Part shown: one piece after another, positions 1 to 9,603 of the stretch
Numbering within the stretch: position 1 is the stretch's first letter
How the letters are laid out: every line of letters begins with the position of its first letter
Assembly: GCA_963716255.1 (NCBI GenBank)
Contig: OY970303.1
Span: 3,008,001 to 3,072,000 of the forward strand
Length of the DNA stretch: 64,000 bases
Direction: 5' to 3'
Source of the DNA: an uncultured Gemmatimonadales bacterium
GTDB taxonomy: Bacteria > Gemmatimonadota > Gemmatimonadetes > Longimicrobiales > Longimicrobiaceae
Made by a program: the position numbers and the translations under genes
The notes under the pieces: generated by a model
Seen by the model: only the letters and a program-made list of their open reading frames with translations
The model's database searches: none
What the model was told of the DNA's origin: nothing

Positions 1-2754
1 CGCGGCCTCCACCTCGCCCGGCTCCACGCGGAAGCCGCGCACCTTGGCCTGGAAGTCGGTCCGCCCCACGAACTCCAGCGTCCCGTCCGCCCGCCAGCGC
101 GCCCGGTCGCCCGAGCGGTACAGCCGCGCACCCTGCTCCCCGCCGAACGGGTCCGGGACGAAGCTCGCGGCGGTCAGCTCCGGCCGGTGCAGGTAGCCGC
201 GCGCCACCCCCGGCCCGCCCACGTACAGCTCGCCGGGAACGCCCACGGGCACCGGTTCCAGCCGGCGGTCCAGCAGGTACACGCGCCGGTCGCCCACCGG
301 CGTCCCGATGGGGACGCTCGCGCCGCCGAAGCCGGGCGGGACCACGTACGCGGTGCTGAAGACGGTGCACTCGCTGGGGCCGTAGCCGTTGACCAGCCGC
401 AGCCCCGGGTGCAGGTCGAGGGCGCGGCGGACGTGCGCCGCGCTCACCGCCTCGCCGCCGGTCATCACCTGGCGCACGTCCCCCAGCAGCTCGGGGCACG
501 TGTCCACCACCAGGTTGAAGAACGCCGACGTGAGCCAGAGCGTGGTCACCCCGTGCGCGCGCACCTGCCGCCCCAGCTCCTCCGGCTCCGCGGCGCGCCC
601 CGGGTACAGCACGCAGGTGCCGCCGGTGAGCAGCGCCGGCCACAGCTCCAGCGTCAGCACGTCCCACGACACCGAGGAGTGCTGGAGGAGCACCTGCGCC
701 TCGTCGAAGCGCGCGTAGTCCGCCCCCCGGAAGAAGCCGGGGATCGCCCGGTGCGGCACCGCGGTCCCCTTGGGGGTGCCGGTGGAGCCGGAGGTGTAGA
801 TGACGTACGCGAGGTTTTCGGCGGAGACGGCGGGCTCCGGCGCGCCGGCTTCCGCCGTGTCGTGCTCCCTCTCTCCCAGGACCACCTCGCCGCCGAAGCC
901 CGCGAAGCGCCCCGCCAGGCCGGACTCGGTCAGCAGCACCGGCGCGCGCGTGTCGGCGAGCATGAAGGCAAGGCGCTCGTCCGGGTGCTGCGTGTCCAGG
1001 GCGACGTACGCCCCGCCCGCCCGCAGGACGGCGAGCAGCCCGGCGACCATCGCCGGCGAGCGCTCCATGCACACGCCCACGCACACGTCCGGGCCCACGC
1101 CCAGCGCCGCCAGGCGGCGGGCCAGCGCCGCGGAGCGGCGGTCGAGCTCGCCGTAGGTGACCGTCGCCCCGCCGAAGACCAGGGCGGCGGCGTGGGGGCG
1201 GCGCGCGGCCTGCGCGGCGAAGGTCTCGTGCAGGGGGCGGGGGGCGGGGTCCGCCGCGCCGGTGGCGCTCCAATCGGCGAGGAGCATGCGGCGCTCCGCG
1301 TCGTCCAGGAGCGGGATGGCGGAAAGGGGGAGGTCCGGGTCGGCGGCCATCCCCGCCGCCAGCGCCTCCCAGCGGGCGTGGAGCCGCACCAGCGTGTCCA
1401 CGTCGAACAGCTCGGCGCGGGCCGAGACGCGGCCGTGGATCCGCTCCCCCAGGTCGGTCGCGATGAGGGTGAGGTCGAACTTGGGGATGCCGGCGCCCAC
1501 GCCCAGCATCTCCGTCCTCGCCAGAGAGCCCAGCATCCCGCCCTGCCCGTGGAACGTTTCCAGCGAGAACAGCACCTGGAAGAGGGGCGAGTGCGACAGG
1601 CTGCGCTCGGGCGCCAGCTCCTCCACCAGCCGCTCGAAGGGGACGTCCTGGTTGGCGTGCGCCTCCAGCACCGCCTCGCGCACGCGGGCGAGCAGCGCGC
1701 GCCCGGTGGGATCGTCCGACAGGTCGGCCCGCAGCACCAGCGTGTTCGCCAGGTAGCCGACCAGCCCCTCGGCCTCGCGGCGCTCGCGCCCCGCCACGGG
1801 GGTGCCCACGCTCACGTCGTCGGCGCCGGACCAGCGGGCGAGGAGCGCCTGCCACAGGGCGAGCAGCGTCATGAACAGCGTCGCGCCCTCGGCCCGGGCG
1901 AGCGCGCGCACCGCGAGCGCGGTCTCCGGCGGCAGCCCGAAGCCCACGATGTGCCCCTCCGTGCCGGGGGCGGCCCCGCGGGGCCGGTCGACCGGGAGCT
2001 CCAGCAGCGGGGGAGCGTCCCCCAGCGTCCCGCGCCAGAAGGCGAGCTGCGCCTCCAGCGCGCCGCCGGCCAGCATCTCCTGCTGCCACAGCGCGTAGTC
2101 GGCGAACTGGATCTCCGGCTCGGGGAGCGGCGAAGGCTCCCCGCGCGCGAACGCCTCGGACAGCGCGGAGACCTCGCGCACCATCACCCCCACCGACCAC
2201 TCGTCGCTGACGATGTGGTGGGTGTTGACCATGAGCACCGAGTCGTCGCCGGCCAGGCGCAGCAGGGTGGCGCGCACCACGGGGCCGTGCTCCAGGTCGA
2301 AGGCCCGCATCCCCTCGGCGAGCAGGAGCCCGCGCATGACGCGCTCGCGGTCCGCCTGCGCGGCGCCGCGCAGGTCCACCACGGGAACGGGGAAGAAGCC
2401 GGGGGGCCGGACCTCCTGCACCGGCTCGCCGCCGCGCTCGGGGAAGGCGGTGCGCAGCGACTCGTGCCGGCGCACCAGCGCGGCGACGGCGCGGACCAGG
2501 GCGCCGGGGTCGAGCACGCCGCGCAGCCGCAGGAACGTGGGGACGTTGTAGGCGGGGCTGCCGGGCTCCATGCGGTCGAGCAGCCACATCCGCCGCTGCG
2601 CGGGGGAGAGCGGCACCGGCCCGTCCGCGGCGCGGGGGCGGATCGACGGCGCGCCGGAGCCCGCCCGGGCGGCGGCCTTCTCCTGGAGGAGACGCTGCAG
2701 CAGGAGCCGCCGCGCGGGGGAAAGTCCGTCCAGCGAGCCGGGCACGTCACTCAT
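1..2754 (-). CDS. NRPS, 3'-truncated at the window edge: N-terminal docking helix, C, A (code ~DALWMGGVF(K), Val-like aliphatic)
   Basis: Not in the ORF track. ATG at 2754 with upstream GAAGGAAGG gives MSDVPGSLDGLSPARRLLLQRLLQEKA. Contains HHIVSDEW, YTSGSTG, SWDVLTLELW or similar A4 region, NGYGPSE and [15 protein letters not shown]; the codons at both ends share one frame. Paralogous to the first module of 19747-32919, from which the code is mainly inferred. Confidence 0.92.
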   Translation of the reverse strand, partial: MSDVPGSLDGLSPARRLLLQRLLQEKAAARAGSGAPSIRPRAADGPVPLSPAQRRMWLLDRMEPGSPAYNVPTFLRLRGVLDPGALVRAVAALVRRHESLRTAFPERGGEPVQEVRPPGFFPVPVVDLRGAAQADRERVMRGLLLAEGMRAFDLEHGPVVRATLLRLAGDDSVLMVNTHHIVSDEWSVGVMVREVSALSEAFARGEPSPLPEPEIQFADYALWQQEMLAGGALEAQLAFWRGTLGDAPPLLELPVDRPRGAAPGTEGHIVGFGLPPETALAVRALARAEGATLFMTLLALWQALLARWSGADDVSVGTPVAGRERREAEGLVGYLANTLVLRADLSDDPTGRALLARVREAVLEAHANQDVPFERLVEELAPERSLSHSPLFQVLFSLETFHGQGGMLGSLARTEMLGVGAGIPKFDLTLIATDLGERIHGRVSARAELFDVDTLVRLHARWEALAAGMAADPDLPLSAIPLLDDAERRMLLADWSATGAADPAPRPLHETFAAQAARRPHAAALVFGGATVTYGELDRRSAALARRLAALGVGPDVCVGVCMERSPAMVAGLLAVLRAGGAYVALDTQHPDERLAFMLADTRAPVLLTESGLAGRFAGFGGEVVLGEREHDTAEAGAPEPAVSAENLAYVIYTSGSTGTPKGTAVPHRAIPGFFRGADYARFDEAQVLLQHSSVSWDVLTLELWPALLTGGTCVLYPGRAAEPEELGRQVRAHGVTTLWLTSAFFNLVVDTCPELLGDVRQVMTGGEAVSAAHVRRALDLHPGLRLVNGYGPSECTVFSTAYVVPPGFGGASVPIGTPVGDRRVYLLDRRLEPVPVGVPGELYVGGPGVARGYLHRPELTAASFVPDPFGGEQGARLYRSGDRARWRADGTLEFVGRTDFQAKVRGFRVEPGEVEAA

Positions 2755-2817
2755 CCGCAGCTTCCCTTCCTTCCGTCGTGACCGCCCCCCCGCGGGACGA
2801 AAAGCGAAAAACCAAAC

Positions 2818-5800
2818 TCAGTCCTCGCCGGCGAGGAGGCGGCGGACTTCCTCGTCCGACAGCCCGGACAGCATCTCCATCTCCGCGCGGACCTCCCACT
2901 CCTCGAGCGTGTCGGAGGCGTGCTCCTCCACCCACTCCGCCAGGGCGGCGACGGTGGGGCGCTCGAAGAAGGCGCGCAGCGGCACCTCCACCGCCAGCGC
3001 CGCCTCGATGCGCGCGATCACCCGCGCGGCCAGGAGCGAGTGCCCCCCCAGCGCGAAGAAGTCGTCGTGCACGCCCACGCGCTCGCGCCCCAGCACCGCG
3101 GCGAAGATCCCGGCGATCTGCTCCTCCACCTCGGTGCGGGGGTCGGCGGGCTCCGCTTCGCCGGCCGCGTCGGGGTCGGGGAGGGCGCGCCGGTCGGGCT
3201 TGCCGGTGGAGGTGAGGGGGACGGCGTCCACCGGCGCGAGGGCGGCGGGGACCATGTGCTCCGGCAGGCGCGCGCGCAGCCACCCGCGCAGCTCCGCGGC
3301 GCCGGGGGAAGCGCCGTCCGCCGGCACGAACCACCCCACCAGCCGCCGCTCCACGCCTTCGCCGCGGGCGGCGACCAGGGCGTCGCGGATCCCCGGGTGC
3401 CGCCGCAGGGCGGCCTCCACCTCGCCCGGCTCCACGCGGAAGCCGCGCACCTTGACCTGCGCGTCGGTGCGGCCCAGGAACTCCAGCGCCCCGCAGGGGA
3501 GCCGGCGCACCCGGTCGCCGGTGCGGTACAGCCGCGCGCCCGGCTCGTCCCCGAACGGATCGGGGACGAAGCGCCCGGCCGTGGCGTCCGGGCGGCCCGC
3601 GTAGCCGCGCGCCAGCAGGGGGCCGCCCAGGTACAGCTCGCCGGGGACGCCGGGGGGCGCCGGGCTCCCGCGCGCGTCCAGCACGTACGCGGCGCGCCCT
3701 GGCAGCGGCGCGCCGATGGGGGCGGACGCTCCCGCGCGGGCGTCCGGGAAGCCGGCGGGGACGTCGTGCACGGTCGCGCTCACCACCGCCTCGGTGGGGC
3801 CGTACACGTTGAGCAGCCGCGCGGGGGTGCGGACGCGCCCGCGCCAGGCGTGCACCGCGTCGGAGGGCATCACGTCGGCGCCCACGGCCATGACGCGCAG
3901 CCCGGGGAGCTCCACGTCCTCCGCCGCCTCCGCGACCTCGCGCCAGAACGCCGGGGCCAGGTTGGCGACGGTGATCCCCAGCTCCCTCGCCCGCGCCGGC
4001 CAGGCGGCCGGCGTCCACGCCTCCGGCCCGCGCAGCACCAGCGTCGCCCCGGCCAGCAGGGGGACGAGGGTCTGCTCCAGCGCCACGTCGAACCCCGGCG
4101 CGGCGAACTGGAGCACCCGGTCGCCCGGCGCGATCCCCAGCACTCGAGCGAAGACCTGGAAGTGCTCGGCCGCCGCGCGGTGCTCCACGGCCACGCCCCG
4201 CGGGGTGCCGGTGGAGCCGGAGGTGTAGACGACGTAGGCCAGGTTCTCGGGAAACAGGGAACAGCCTGCAACGGCGGCCTCACCCTCGGATCCGTCGTTC
4301 TCCCCCTCCCCCCTTGCGGGGGAGGGGGCCGGGGGGAGGGGGGTAGCTCCGTCCACCACCACGACCTCCCCCCCGAACCCCTCCACGCGCTCCGCCAGCC
4401 GCGCGTCGGTCACCAGCACCGAGACGCCCGCGTCGGCGGCGATCCAGGCCAGGCGCTCCACCGGGTAGGCGGGGTCCAGCGGGACGTAGACGCCGCCGGC
4501 CTGCAGGACGCCGAGCATCGCGGCCACCAGCTCCGGGCTCCATTCCAGGCAGACGCCCACGCGCGCCTCGGGGACCACGCCGCGGCCGCGCAGCTCCGCG
4601 GCGAGCGCGCCGGCGCGCCGGGCCAGCTCGGCGTAGGTCAGCGTGTCCCCGCCGGACACCAGCGCGGGGGCGGCGGGGGCGAGGGCGGCGGCCTCGGCGA
4701 AGCGGGCCGGCAGGGTGGCGGCGGGCGCGCGCGCCTCCGCGGGGGCGAGAGAGGCGCGCAGCACATGCTCGCGCTCCTCGGGGGCGAGCAGGTCCAGCTC
4801 CCACACGCGCGCCCCGGGGGCGGCGGCCATGGCGGCGAGCAGGCGCTCCAGCCGCTCCACCATGCGCGCCGCGGTGGCGGCGGCGAACAGCTCGCTGCGG
4901 AAGGACAGCGCGCCGGTGATCCGCTCCCCGTCGTCGGCGAGGCCCAGGGACAGGTCGAACTTGGCGGACCCGGCGTCCGTGCCCATGGACGTCACCTCCA
5001 GCTCGCCCAGCCGCAGCTCGCCGCGCTCCGTGTTGTTGAGCGACAGCATGGCCTGGAAGAAGGGCGTGTGCCGCAGCGAGCGCTCGGGAGCCAGCTCCTC
5101 CACCAGCTTCTCGAAGGGCACCTCCTGGTGCGCGAAGGCGCCCAGCACCGTTTCCCTCACGCGCCCCAGCAGCTCCCGCACGGTGGGGTCGCCGGACAGG
5201 TCGGTGCGCATCACCAGCGTGTTGACGAAGAAGCCCACCACCCCCTCCAGCTCGCGCCGCGGCCGCCCCGCGACCACCGTCCCCACGCTCACGTCCTCCT
5301 CCCCGGCGTAGCGGGCCAGGAGCGCCTGCCAGGCGGCGAGCAGCACCATGAACGAGGTGGCGTCCGTGTCGCGCGCCAGCTCCCGCACCGCGCGGACGAC
5401 GTCCGCGGACAGGCGCACGGCATGGGCGCCCCCCGCGGCGGAGGGGCGGGCGGGGCGCGGGCGGTCCACCGGGAGGTCGAGCACGGGGGGCGCGCCGGCC
5501 AGCCGGGCGCGCCACCAGGCGACCTGCTTCTCCAGGGGCTCGCCGGACAGCCGCTCGCGCTGCCACACGGCGAAGTCGGCGTACTGCACCGGCAGCGCGG
5601 GGAGCGGCGACGCCTCGCCCGCGCGGAAGGCGGCGTACAGGGCGGACACCTCGCGCGTCAGGATGCCGGTGCTCCACCCGTCGGAGACCACGTGGTGCAC
5701 GACCAGGGCGAGCCGCCAGTCGTCCTCGTCCGTCCTCACCAGAAGCGCCCGGAAGAGCGGACCGCGCGCGAGGTCGAAGGGGCGCGACCGCTCCGCGTCC

Positions 5801-6228
5801 AGCAGCGCCCGGGCCGCGGCGGCGCGCTCCGCTTCGGGGAGGGCGCGCAGGTCCACGACGGGGAGCCGCGCGGGCCCGGCGGGGAGGATGGTCTGCACCG
5901 GCTCGTCGCCCGCCAGGGCGAACACGGTGCGCAGCGACTCCTGCCGCCGCACCGTCTCGGTGAGCGCGCGCCGCAGCGTCCGCGCGTCGAGCTCGCCGCG
6001 GAGCCGCAGCACGTGGGGGATGTTGTAGGCGGGGCTCCCCGGCTCCATCCGGTCGATGAACCACAGGCGCTGCTGCGCGAAGGAGAGCGGCGCGGGGCCG
6101 CCGCCCTCCCGCGGGCGGATCTCCTGCGCGGATCCGCCCGCGCCCGCCCGCTCCAGGAGCATGCGCTGCAGGAGGATGCGGCGCTCGGGGGAGAGCCCGG
6201 CGAAACGCTCGGGTACGGCATCGCTCAT
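2818..6228 (-). CDS. Single-module NRPS C-A-T (code ~DVENAGVVSK; Glu at 239 suggests a basic or polar substrate)
   Basis: 1136-aa ORF with HHVVSDG, YTSGSTG, FDVALEQ, NVYGPTE, YRTGD and GGHSLL. Helical docking motifs at both termini; in-frame palindromic insert near 4300. Confidence 0.95.
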   Translation of the reverse strand: MSDAVPERFAGLSPERRILLQRMLLERAGAGGSAQEIRPREGGGPAPLSFAQQRLWFIDRMEPGSPAYNIPHVLRLRGELDARTLRRALTETVRRQESLRTVFALAGDEPVQTILPAGPARLPVVDLRALPEAERAAAARALLDAERSRPFDLARGPLFRALLVRTDEDDWRLALVVHHVVSDGWSTGILTREVSALYAAFRAGEASPLPALPVQYADFAVWQRERLSGEPLEKQVAWWRARLAGAPPVLDLPVDRPRPARPSAAGGAHAVRLSADVVRAVRELARDTDATSFMVLLAAWQALLARYAGEEDVSVGTVVAGRPRRELEGVVGFFVNTLVMRTDLSGDPTVRELLGRVRETVLGAFAHQEVPFEKLVEELAPERSLRHTPFFQAMLSLNNTERGELRLGELEVTSMGTDAGSAKFDLSLGLADDGERITGALSFRSELFAAATAARMVERLERLLAAMAAAPGARVWELDLLAPEEREHVLRASLAPAEARAPAATLPARFAEAAALAPAAPALVSGGDTLTYAELARRAGALAAELRGRGVVPEARVGVCLEWSPELVAAMLGVLQAGGVYVPLDPAYPVERLAWIAADAGVSVLVTDARLAERVEGFGGEVVVVDGATPLPPAPSPARGEGENDGSEGEAAVAGCSLFPENLAYVVYTSGSTGTPRGVAVEHRAAAEHFQVFARVLGIAPGDRVLQFAAPGFDVALEQTLVPLLAGATLVLRGPEAWTPAAWPARARELGITVANLAPAFWREVAEAAEDVELPGLRVMAVGADVMPSDAVHAWRGRVRTPARLLNVYGPTEAVVSATVHDVPAGFPDARAGASAPIGAPLPGRAAYVLDARGSPAPPGVPGELYLGGPLLARGYAGRPDATAGRFVPDPFGDEPGARLYRTGDRVRRLPCGALEFLGRTDAQVKVRGFRVEPGEVEAALRRHPGIRDALVAARGEGVERRLVGWFVPADGASPGAAELRGWLRARLPEHMVPAALAPVDAVPLTSTGKPDRRALPDPDAAGEAEPADPRTEVEEQIAGIFAAVLGRERVGVHDDFFALGGHSLLAARVIARIEAALAVEVPLRAFFERPTVAALAEWVEEHASDTLEEWEVRAEMEMLSGLSDEEVRRLLAGED
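4300..4344. repeat. REP-like palindromic element (single unit) inserted in frame in an A domain
   Basis: mRNA strand CCCCCTCCCCC-GCAAG-GGGGGAGGGGG (11-bp stem), encoding [15 protein letters not shown]. Confidence 0.85.
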
Positions 6229-6235
6229 CGCTCGC

Positions 6236-9200
6236 TCACCCTTCTCCCAGGAGGCGCATGACTTCCTCGTCCGACATCTCCTCCAGACGGGCGAACTCCT
6301 CGTCCACCTCCCACCCCTCCAGCTCCTCCGCGGGGCGGGCGGCCGCGATCCACGCGGCGACCCCGGCCACCGTGGGCGACTCGAAGACCACGCGCAGCGG
6401 CACCTCCATCGCCAGCTCCTTCTGGAGGCGCGCGACGACGCGGGTGGCCAGCAGCGAGTGCCCGCCCAGGTCGAAGAAGTCGTCGTGCGCGCCCACGCGC
6501 TGCGCCCCCAGCACCTCGGCGAAGAGCGCGGCCACCCGCTCCTCCAGCTCGCCGGCGGGCGCCACGTACGCCTGCTCCGCCGCGGCCCCCTCGGGGGCGG
6601 GGAGGGCGAGGCGGTCGACCTTGCCGCTCCCGGTGAGCGGGAACGAATCCAGCGCCACGAAGGCGGAGGGAACCATGTACTCCGGCAGCCGCTCGCGCAT
6701 CCAGCCGCGCAGCGCGTGGGCGGACACGGCGGCGGCGCCCTCGCCGGGGAGCAGGTAGGCCACCAGCCGCCGCTCGCCGGGCGCGCCCGGGGCGGCGTCC
6801 TCGCGGACCACGGCCACGGCGTCCCGCACCCCGGGATGCTCCCGCAGCGCGGCCTCGACGTCGCCCAGCTCGATGCGGAAGCCCCGCACCTTGACCTGGA
6901 AGTCGGTGCGCCCCAGGTACTCCAGCGTGCCGTCCGGGAGCCAGCGGACGCGGTCCGTCACCCGGTACATCCGCGACCCGGCGGGCCCGAAGGGGGCGGG
7001 GACGAAGCGCTCGGCGGTCAGGTCCGGGCGGCCGGCGTAGCCGCGCGCCAGCCCGTCGCCGGCCAGGAACAGCTCGCCCACGACGCCCTCCGGCACGGGC
7101 TCCAGCCCGGCGTCCAGCACGTACGCCCGCGTCCCGGCCACCGGCCGCCCCACCCGCATGCGCTCGGCGTCCCGCTCCACCCGCCAGTAGGTGGAGTAGG
7201 TGGTGTCCTCGGTGGGGCCGTACAGGTTCCCCACCGTTTCCACGGTGCCCAGGGCGTACAGCGCCCGCGCCAGCTCCGGGGGGAGCGCCTCGCCGCCCAG
7301 GTTCAGCGTCCGCACGCTGGGCGGAATGCCTTCCATCCGCAGCAGCTCGGCGGCCGCCGTGGGGACCATGCTGGCGTGGACGATCCCCGCGTCCCGCATC
7401 TCCGCGAGGGCCAGCGCGTTCTCCGCCAGGTGCAGCGTGCCGCCCCAGGCCAGCGTGCCGAACACCTCGGCCACGGACACGTCGAAGCTGACGGAGGTGG
7501 AGAACAGGGTCGCGGCGCGCTCCGCGTCGGAAACGGTCTCGCGCAGCCAGTGCAGCAGGACCACCACGGACGAGTGGCGGACCATCACCCCCTTTGGCCG
7601 GCCGGTGGACCCCGAGGTGAAGATGACGTGCGACAGGTTCTCGGGGTCCGTGCCGCTCTCCGGCGCCGCGTCCGGCGCCGCCTCGATGCGCTCGCGGTCG
7701 GCGTCCAGCAGCACCGCGGTGGGATGCTCCTCCGGCAGGCGATCGGCCAGGTGAGACATCGTCACCACGGCGGCGGCGCGCGCGTCCTCCAGCACGTGGG
7801 CCAGGCGGGCGCGGGGGTACGCCGGGTCCACCGGCACGTAGGCGCCGCCCGCCCGCAGCACTCCCAGAAGCGCCACCACCAGCTCCGGGGTACGCTCCAG
7901 GCACACCCCCACCTGGGTCTCCGGCCCCACCCCCCGGAGGCGCAGGTGGTTCGCCAGGCGCGCGGACCAGCGGTCGAGCTCGGCGTAGCTGACCGTCTCG
8001 CCGCGGAAGCGGAGCGCGGGCGCGTCCGGGGTGCGCCGCGCCTGGGCCGCGAACAGGTCGTGGACGCAGGCGCCGGCGGGATGGCCGGGGGCGGTGGCGC
8101 TCCACTCCTCCAGCACCCGGGCGCGCTCGGCGGCGCCCAGCATGGGGAGCTCCGCCACGGGCCGCTCCGGCGCCGCGGCGAGGGCGGCGAGCAGGTTCTG
8201 GAGGTGCTCGCACATGCGCTCCACGGTGGCCCCGTCCCACAGCGAGGTGCGGAAGGTGATCTGCGCGTCCACGTGTTCGCCCTCCTCCTCGGCGGTGAGG
8301 CGCAGGTCGAACTTGGCCACTTCCCCGCCGCGCCCCATGGGCTCCGCGCCCAGCGCGCCCAGCCGCACCTCGGCGCGCCCCTGGTTGTGGAGGACGAACA
8401 TCACCTGGAAGAGCGGGGTGTGCTGGAGCGAGCGCTCGGGGGCCAGCTCCTCCACCAGCTTCTCGAAGGGCACTTCCTGGTGCGCGAAGGCGCCCAGCAC
8501 CATCTCGCGCACCCGCCCCAGCAGCTCCCGCCCGGTGGGGCGGTCGCCCAGCTCGGTGCGCAGCACCAGGGTGTTGACGAAGAAGCCGATCAGCGGCTCC
8601 AGCTCGCGCCGCGTCCGCCCCGCCAGCGAGGTGCCCACGCTCACGTCCGGCTGCCCGCTCCAGCGCGCCAGGAGCAGCTGCCAGCCGGCCAGCAGCACCA
8701 TGAACAGGGTGGCGCCCTCGTCGCGGGCGAGGGCGCGCAGCCCGCGGGTCGTCTCCGCGCGCAGGTGGAAGCCGCGCACGTCGGCCCCGGGGGCGAGCCC
8801 GGGCGGACGCGGCCGGTCGACCGGGAGGTCGAGCACGGGGGGGGCGCCGGCCAGCCGCTCGCGCCACCAGCCGAGCTGCTCCTCCAGCCGCTCGCCGGAC
8901 AGGTACTCGCGCTGCCACACGGCGAAGTCGGCGTACTGCACCGGCAGCGGCGGGAGCGGCGAGGGCCGCCCGGCCGTGACCGCCTCGTACAGCGCCGACA
9001 CCTCGTTCACCAGCACCCCGTTGGACCAGCCGTCGGAAACGATGTGGTGGAGGGTGAGGAGCAGCCCGTGCGCCTCGTCGCCCAGCCGCAGCAGCGTCGC
9101 GCGGAAGAGCGGCCCGCGGGCCAGGTCCATGGGGAGCATGGACTCGGCGTACAGCCACCGCCCGGCCTCGATGTCGCGCGCCCCGTCGGCCAGGCCGGAC

Positions 9201-9577
9201 AGGTCCACGACGGGGAGCGGGACGGGCGCGGGGGGGAGCACCACCTGCACCGGCTCGCCGTCCACCTCGGGAAAGACGGTGCGCAGCGACTCCTGCCGCC
9301 GCGCCACGCCGGTGAGCGCGCGCCGCAGCGCGCCGCGGTCCAGACGGCCGCGCAGCAGCAGGGCGTGGGGGATGTTGTAGGCGGGGCTCCCGGGATCCAG
9401 CCGGTCCATGAACCACAGGCGCTGCTGCGCGAAGGAGAGCGGGGCCGGACCGTCCGTCCCCCGCGGCCGGATCTCCTGCGTGGAGCCCGCCGCGCCCGCC
9501 CGCTCCAGCAGCATGCGCTGGAGCAGGAGACGCCGCTCCTGAGAAAGGTTCGCCAGCCGGTCCGGCACTCCGCTCAT
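6236..9577 (-). CDS. Single-module NRPS C-A-T (code ~DVASNGLTYK, Ala-like)
   Basis: 1113-aa ORF with [33 protein letters not shown] and GGHSLL. RBS-like GAAGGAG upstream. Confidence 0.95.
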   Translation of the reverse strand: MSGVPDRLANLSQERRLLLQRMLLERAGAAGSTQEIRPRGTDGPAPLSFAQQRLWFMDRLDPGSPAYNIPHALLLRGRLDRGALRRALTGVARRQESLRTVFPEVDGEPVQVVLPPAPVPLPVVDLSGLADGARDIEAGRWLYAESMLPMDLARGPLFRATLLRLGDEAHGLLLTLHHIVSDGWSNGVLVNEVSALYEAVTAGRPSPLPPLPVQYADFAVWQREYLSGERLEEQLGWWRERLAGAPPVLDLPVDRPRPPGLAPGADVRGFHLRAETTRGLRALARDEGATLFMVLLAGWQLLLARWSGQPDVSVGTSLAGRTRRELEPLIGFFVNTLVLRTELGDRPTGRELLGRVREMVLGAFAHQEVPFEKLVEELAPERSLQHTPLFQVMFVLHNQGRAEVRLGALGAEPMGRGGEVAKFDLRLTAEEEGEHVDAQITFRTSLWDGATVERMCEHLQNLLAALAAAPERPVAELPMLGAAERARVLEEWSATAPGHPAGACVHDLFAAQARRTPDAPALRFRGETVSYAELDRWSARLANHLRLRGVGPETQVGVCLERTPELVVALLGVLRAGGAYVPVDPAYPRARLAHVLEDARAAAVVTMSHLADRLPEEHPTAVLLDADRERIEAAPDAAPESGTDPENLSHVIFTSGSTGRPKGVMVRHSSVVVLLHWLRETVSDAERAATLFSTSVSFDVSVAEVFGTLAWGGTLHLAENALALAEMRDAGIVHASMVPTAAAELLRMEGIPPSVRTLNLGGEALPPELARALYALGTVETVGNLYGPTEDTTYSTYWRVERDAERMRVGRPVAGTRAYVLDAGLEPVPEGVVGELFLAGDGLARGYAGRPDLTAERFVPAPFGPAGSRMYRVTDRVRWLPDGTLEYLGRTDFQVKVRGFRIELGDVEAALREHPGVRDAVAVVREDAAPGAPGERRLVAYLLPGEGAAAVSAHALRGWMRERLPEYMVPSAFVALDSFPLTGSGKVDRLALPAPEGAAAEQAYVAPAGELEERVAALFAEVLGAQRVGAHDDFFDLGGHSLLATRVVARLQKELAMEVPLRVVFESPTVAGVAAWIAAARPAEELEGWEVDEEFARLEEMSDEEVMRLLGEG

Positions 9578-9603
9578 CCGGTCTCCTTCCGCTCTCGCGG
9601 CAG

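Noticed and set aside
2775..2817. Short GC hairpin with a T/A-rich tract in the 63-nt intergenic gap as an intrinsic terminator
   Set aside because: On the mRNA strand the U tract precedes the hairpin, and on the other strand A's follow it, so the geometry fits neither direction.
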